DNA of 64,000 bases, from the NCBI GenBank assembly GCA_963762115.1, contig CAVXJH010000006.1:96001-160000 (forward strand), written 5' to 3'. Origin of the DNA: Candidatus Babeliales bacterium (GTDB lineage Bacteria > Babelota > Babeliae > Babelales > JANWKD01). Below are positions 60,784-64,000 of the stretch, piece after piece; position 1 is the stretch's first letter; the number at the start of each line of letters is the position of its first letter. Both the position numbers and the translations under genes were made by a program. The notes below the pieces were generated by a model, which saw only the letters and a program-made list of their open reading frames with translations, ran no database searches and was not told the DNA's origin.

Positions 60784-62757
60784 TTACGAAACTAATAACA
60801 ACGCAACAATCGACATAAGCTTAATCAAAATGTTTAATGCTGGTCCGGAAGTATCCTTGAAAGGGTCTCCAACCGTATCACCAACAACAGCTGCTTTGTG
60901 CGCATCTGAGCCTTTGCCGCCAAGATGACCCGCTTCAATATACTTCTTTGCATTATCCCATGCACCACCACCATTTGCCATCATTAATGCTAATAGGACA
61001 CCAACAAGAGTTGCCCCAACAAGCAATCCCCCAAGTGCTTGCACACCAAGAGTGAACTTAATAACAACAGGCAATGAAACGGTAAGAACACCAGGTAAAA
61101 TCATTTCATGTAAAGCAGCTTGCGTACTAATTGCAACACATCGTTTATAATCAGGCTCGGCAGTGCCTTCCATCAACCCAGGAATTTCTTTAAATTGACG
61201 ACGAACTTCCATCACCATTTTCAACGCCGCTTGACTAACTGAACGCATGGTTAATGCTGAAACCAAAAATGGCATAGCACCACCAATAAACATTCCCACT
61301 AAAACTAACGGATTAAGTACATTTATTGCCACCAATTTTGCCAATTCTGAATAAGCAGCAAATAAAGCAAGCGCCGTTAATAATGCTGAACCGATTGCAA
61401 AACCTTTACCCATTGCAGCAGTTGTATTCCCAAGAGCGTCAAGCTTATCAGTAATGGCACGTATATTAGGGCCAAAATGTGCCATTTCAGCAATACCGCC
61501 AGCATTATCAGCAATAGGGCCATAAGCATCAACAGTCATAGTAATACCAACCGTTGCAAGCATTGCAACAGCTGATAAGGCAACACCAAAAAGACCGCCG
61601 CCATAATTAAAGGCAAATAAAACTGCTAAAGAAAGTAAAATCACCGGCAAAACGGTTGACTCCATACCAACAGATAAGCCATAAATTAAATTTGTTGCAG
61701 CACCTGAACGAGAACTATTAGCAATATTAATTACTGGTTGTCCGCCCGTATAATATTCCGTAATTAAACCAATAACAATACCCGCAAAACACCCTAATAC
61801 TATTGCAACAATAAGTTGCAAATCTAAGTGCATTGCATATAAATAAGCAGTGCTAAAACCTGCAAAAAATATAATTGCAATGAACGTTGCATAGCGCAAC
61901 ATCGCCGCAGGATGTAATCTTAAAAAGAAATTAGAACAAAGACCAATGATTGAACTTACTAACCCAAATGCAGAAAGCATCAAGGGTAACGATTGATACA
62001 TAAAATTATTATATTCAGGACTTGCAATAGCCAAGATTATGCAAGAAACCATTGCGCCAACATATGATTCAAAAATATCAGCACCCATGCCCGCTGTATC
62101 GCCAACGCAATCACCAACGTTATCAGCAATAACGGCAGGGTTGCGAGGATCATCTTCAGGAATTCCTGCTTCAAGTTTTCCTACCAAATCAGCACCGACA
62201 TCAGCAGATTTAGTAAAAATACCGCCGCCAACACGAGCAAAAAAGGCAACTAAACTGCCGCCCAAAGCAAAACTTGTTAAAATGGGAACAAAATTAAGAT
62301 GACCAGCAAAGAGATAAAAAACGGTTGCAATACCAAAAAGGCCAAATGTCGCTACGGCAAAACCCATAACGCCGCCGCCAAAAAATGCAACTGAGAATGC
62401 AGCATGTTCACCTTTATTTTTTGCAGCCATTGTTGTGCGTACATTGGCAAATGTTGCCGCACGCATACCGATAAATCCTGTTGCAGAAGATAAAAAAGCG
62501 CCGCATAAAAATGCTAATGAAGAAAGCATGCCAAGTCCATACCATAATAAACCAGCGACAATTAACGCAACAATAGAAATAATTTTATATTCTTCTTCCA
62601 AAAAGGTCATTGCACCTTTTGAAATTGCCAATGCAATCTTCGACGCCACTTCATTATCGACTTTTATTTTTACAATTTTGTAAAATAAAAAGGCGACTAC
62701 GGCCAAGCCACAAAGAGCGACTGCTATAAGAAATAAAAAACATTCGAGTTGATTCAT
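60784..62757 (-). CDS. hppA: Membrane-bound cation-translocating pyrophosphatase, K+-dependent type
   Basis: '[17 protein letters not shown]', 'EDDPRNP..IADNVGD', '[12 protein letters not shown]', 'GNTTAA', '[10 protein letters not shown]'. Confidence 0.96.
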   Translation of the reverse strand: MNQLECFLFLIAVALCGLAVVAFLFYKIVKIKVDNEVASKIALAISKGAMTFLEEEYKIISIVALIVAGLLWYGLGMLSSLAFLCGAFLSSATGFIGMRAATFANVRTTMAAKNKGEHAAFSVAFFGGGVMGFAVATFGLFGIATVFYLFAGHLNFVPILTSFALGGSLVAFFARVGGGIFTKSADVGADLVGKLEAGIPEDDPRNPAVIADNVGDCVGDTAGMGADIFESYVGAMVSCIILAIASPEYNNFMYQSLPLMLSAFGLVSSIIGLCSNFFLRLHPAAMLRYATFIAIIFFAGFSTAYLYAMHLDLQLIVAIVLGCFAGIVIGLITEYYTGGQPVINIANSSRSGAATNLIYGLSVGMESTVLPVILLSLAVLFAFNYGGGLFGVALSAVAMLATVGITMTVDAYGPIADNAGGIAEMAHFGPNIRAITDKLDALGNTTAAMGKGFAIGSALLTALALFAAYSELAKLVAINVLNPLVLVGMFIGGAMPFLVSALTMRSVSQAALKMVMEVRRQFKEIPGLMEGTAEPDYKRCVAISTQAALHEMILPGVLTVSLPVVIKFTLGVQALGGLLVGATLVGVLLALMMANGGGAWDNAKKYIEAGHLGGKGSDAHKAAVVGDTVGDPFKDTSGPALNILIKLMSIVALLLVS

Positions 62758-62856
62758 AGGTAATCCTCATTTCTCTTTATAGAAATAGTGTAAAACAATT
62801 GAATTAATGACTACAAAACAGATTTCAGGGTACTTTTTCAAACAAAATTTGTAAAG

Positions 62857-63534
62857 TTAGTTTCTTATTACTTCATCTTTCAAGTTAGTTCCCTTATCTA
62901 AATGAAGTGTGTCGATTGAATAAATATTTTTTTTAATTTTTTCAATAACAATCTCTTTCAACTGCTGCTTAGTGAATATTTGCTCTAAATCAGATCCGCA
63001 CATTTTTATAATATACTGATATGCTGCTAAAATTTCTTGCGTTGAAATTAATAAAGATTTTTCTTGCCTGACTTTTTCAAATGCACTAATAATTGACTCT
63101 GCTATAACACGATGCATTTCTTTTAAACCACCATTATTATACATAACAAGAGCTAAATGTTTTATAATGATCGATCTGGGATACCCTGAAACCATTAAAT
63201 TCCAATCTTCACCACCTAAATAACCGCCATTCCTACAATCAGTTCTGAGAAGCACAACGGGAATATCAAGCATTTTTGCAATCATAAATTCTACAACAGT
63301 TCCTGAATCCAAATCAGGCCCATCAAAGTTAAAAAGAACTAAATCGGCATGAATAATTGCTTTAATATCATTATTACGCATTTCTATGCAACTTCCTGAT
63401 GCACCCTCCCATTCTTGAGGCAATATACATTGATATAATTGATTGGATAATGTTTCTATTTCTTGAGCAAGCAAAAAATTTCCTGTTAAATGTTTTTGAT
63501 CAAATAAATCTCCAGCGAAATAAACCTTAAACAT
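62857..63534 (-). CDS. Nucleoside 2-deoxyribosyltransferase-like protein
   Basis: 'VYFAGDLF', 'LPQ', 'DLDSGTVVEF', 'RTD', 'NLM'. Confidence 0.8.
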   Translation of the reverse strand: MFKVYFAGDLFDQKHLTGNFLLAQEIETLSNQLYQCILPQEWEGASGSCIEMRNNDIKAIIHADLVLFNFDGPDLDSGTVVEFMIAKMLDIPVVLLRTDCRNGGYLGGEDWNLMVSGYPRSIIIKHLALVMYNNGGLKEMHRVIAESIISAFEKVRQEKSLLISTQEILAAYQYIIKMCGSDLEQIFTKQQLKEIVIEKIKKNIYSIDTLHLDKGTNLKDEVIRN

Positions 63535-63614
63535 CTTTATTCCTTTACAATAATAATTTTATGAAATGTTTAAAACTAGTAAAATTACACCAAAAACAAA
63601 AAAACATTAACCTT

Positions 63615-63835
63615 GAAATGTCATTCCGAGGCACATTGTGCCGTGGGAACCCAGATTATAAAATTCTATTTATTTTTCACTATTATTTTTTAACAATAAA
63701 GTTGAAGTTATAAAATTTTTATTATTACAAGCAGGTGTTCTATTTATCTGTTATTGTTTTTTCAATAAGGATTTTATTTATTAAAACATTATAATCTGGA
63801 TTCCCACGGCATAATATGCCTCGGAATGACATTTC
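63615..63835. mobile_element. Non-autonomous MITE/REP-doublet-like element (family A), best-preserved copy
   Basis: ~45-bp terminal inverted repeats gaaatgtcattccgaggca..gccgtgggaacccagattata / tataatctggattcccacggc..tgcctcggaatgacatttc around an AT-rich spacer. Confidence 0.8.
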
Positions 63836-64000
63836 GATTTTTAACATCTTTTGGCTAAGTTAAATGCTGCATGCCTTAGATAACTTTTTTTATCAAATTC
63901 ACATTAGATCATATCGATACAAATTATAAAAAACTAAAGACCTGAACATCCTTTTTTTTTACATTCTCGCATGAGAGAATCATATTTTTCTTGTGTTGAA

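Noticed and set aside
266..62683. Numerous short antisense or alternate-frame ORFs in the ORF track (e.g. 1467-1739, 18888-19283, 22734-23150, 29099-29524, 62039-62302)
   Set aside because: Shadow ORFs overlapping well-supported genes; no RBS or motifs.

Overview
AT-rich, gene-dense bacterial chromosome segment with no rRNA, tRNA, CRISPR array or transposase that I can recognise. Gene style suggests a protist-associated intracellular bacterium, most likely Candidatus Dependentiae/Babelota (TM6). This is an inference from the many short secreted ORFans, ankyrin and beta-helix proteins, eukaryote-like phospholipase and Chlamydia-like ribonucleotide reductase. Housekeeping genes: secA, alaS, hisS, smpB, orn, trxA, RsuA/RluB-type pseudouridine synthase, galE, ppa, hppA, nrdAB, two ddl paralogues, a HerA-like ATPase and a nucleotide-sugar cluster (wecB, wecC, bi-domain oxidoreductase, GT2, manC, gmd, fcl). 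Main observations: (1) nine unrelated ORFan/effector-like proteins share a Sec-type signal peptide followed immediately by Met-Glu/Gln, while predicted envelope enzymes do not, a candidate effector-sorting or host-mimicry signal; (2) three paralogous secreted fibre-like proteins (Cys-Cys coiled-coil repeats plus beta-helix), a Cys-rich outer-membrane barrel and two exported thioredoxins suggest a disulfide-crosslinked envelope; (3) a secreted cPLA2-like phospholipase is followed by duplicated exported ORFans with an orphan 3'-end copy; (4) NrdB has the class Ic (Mn/Fe, Tyr->Phe) signature; (5) two families of palindromic REP/MITE-like elements, with nested insertions and compensatory stem changes, bracket a mutY-like/SOD gene pair.
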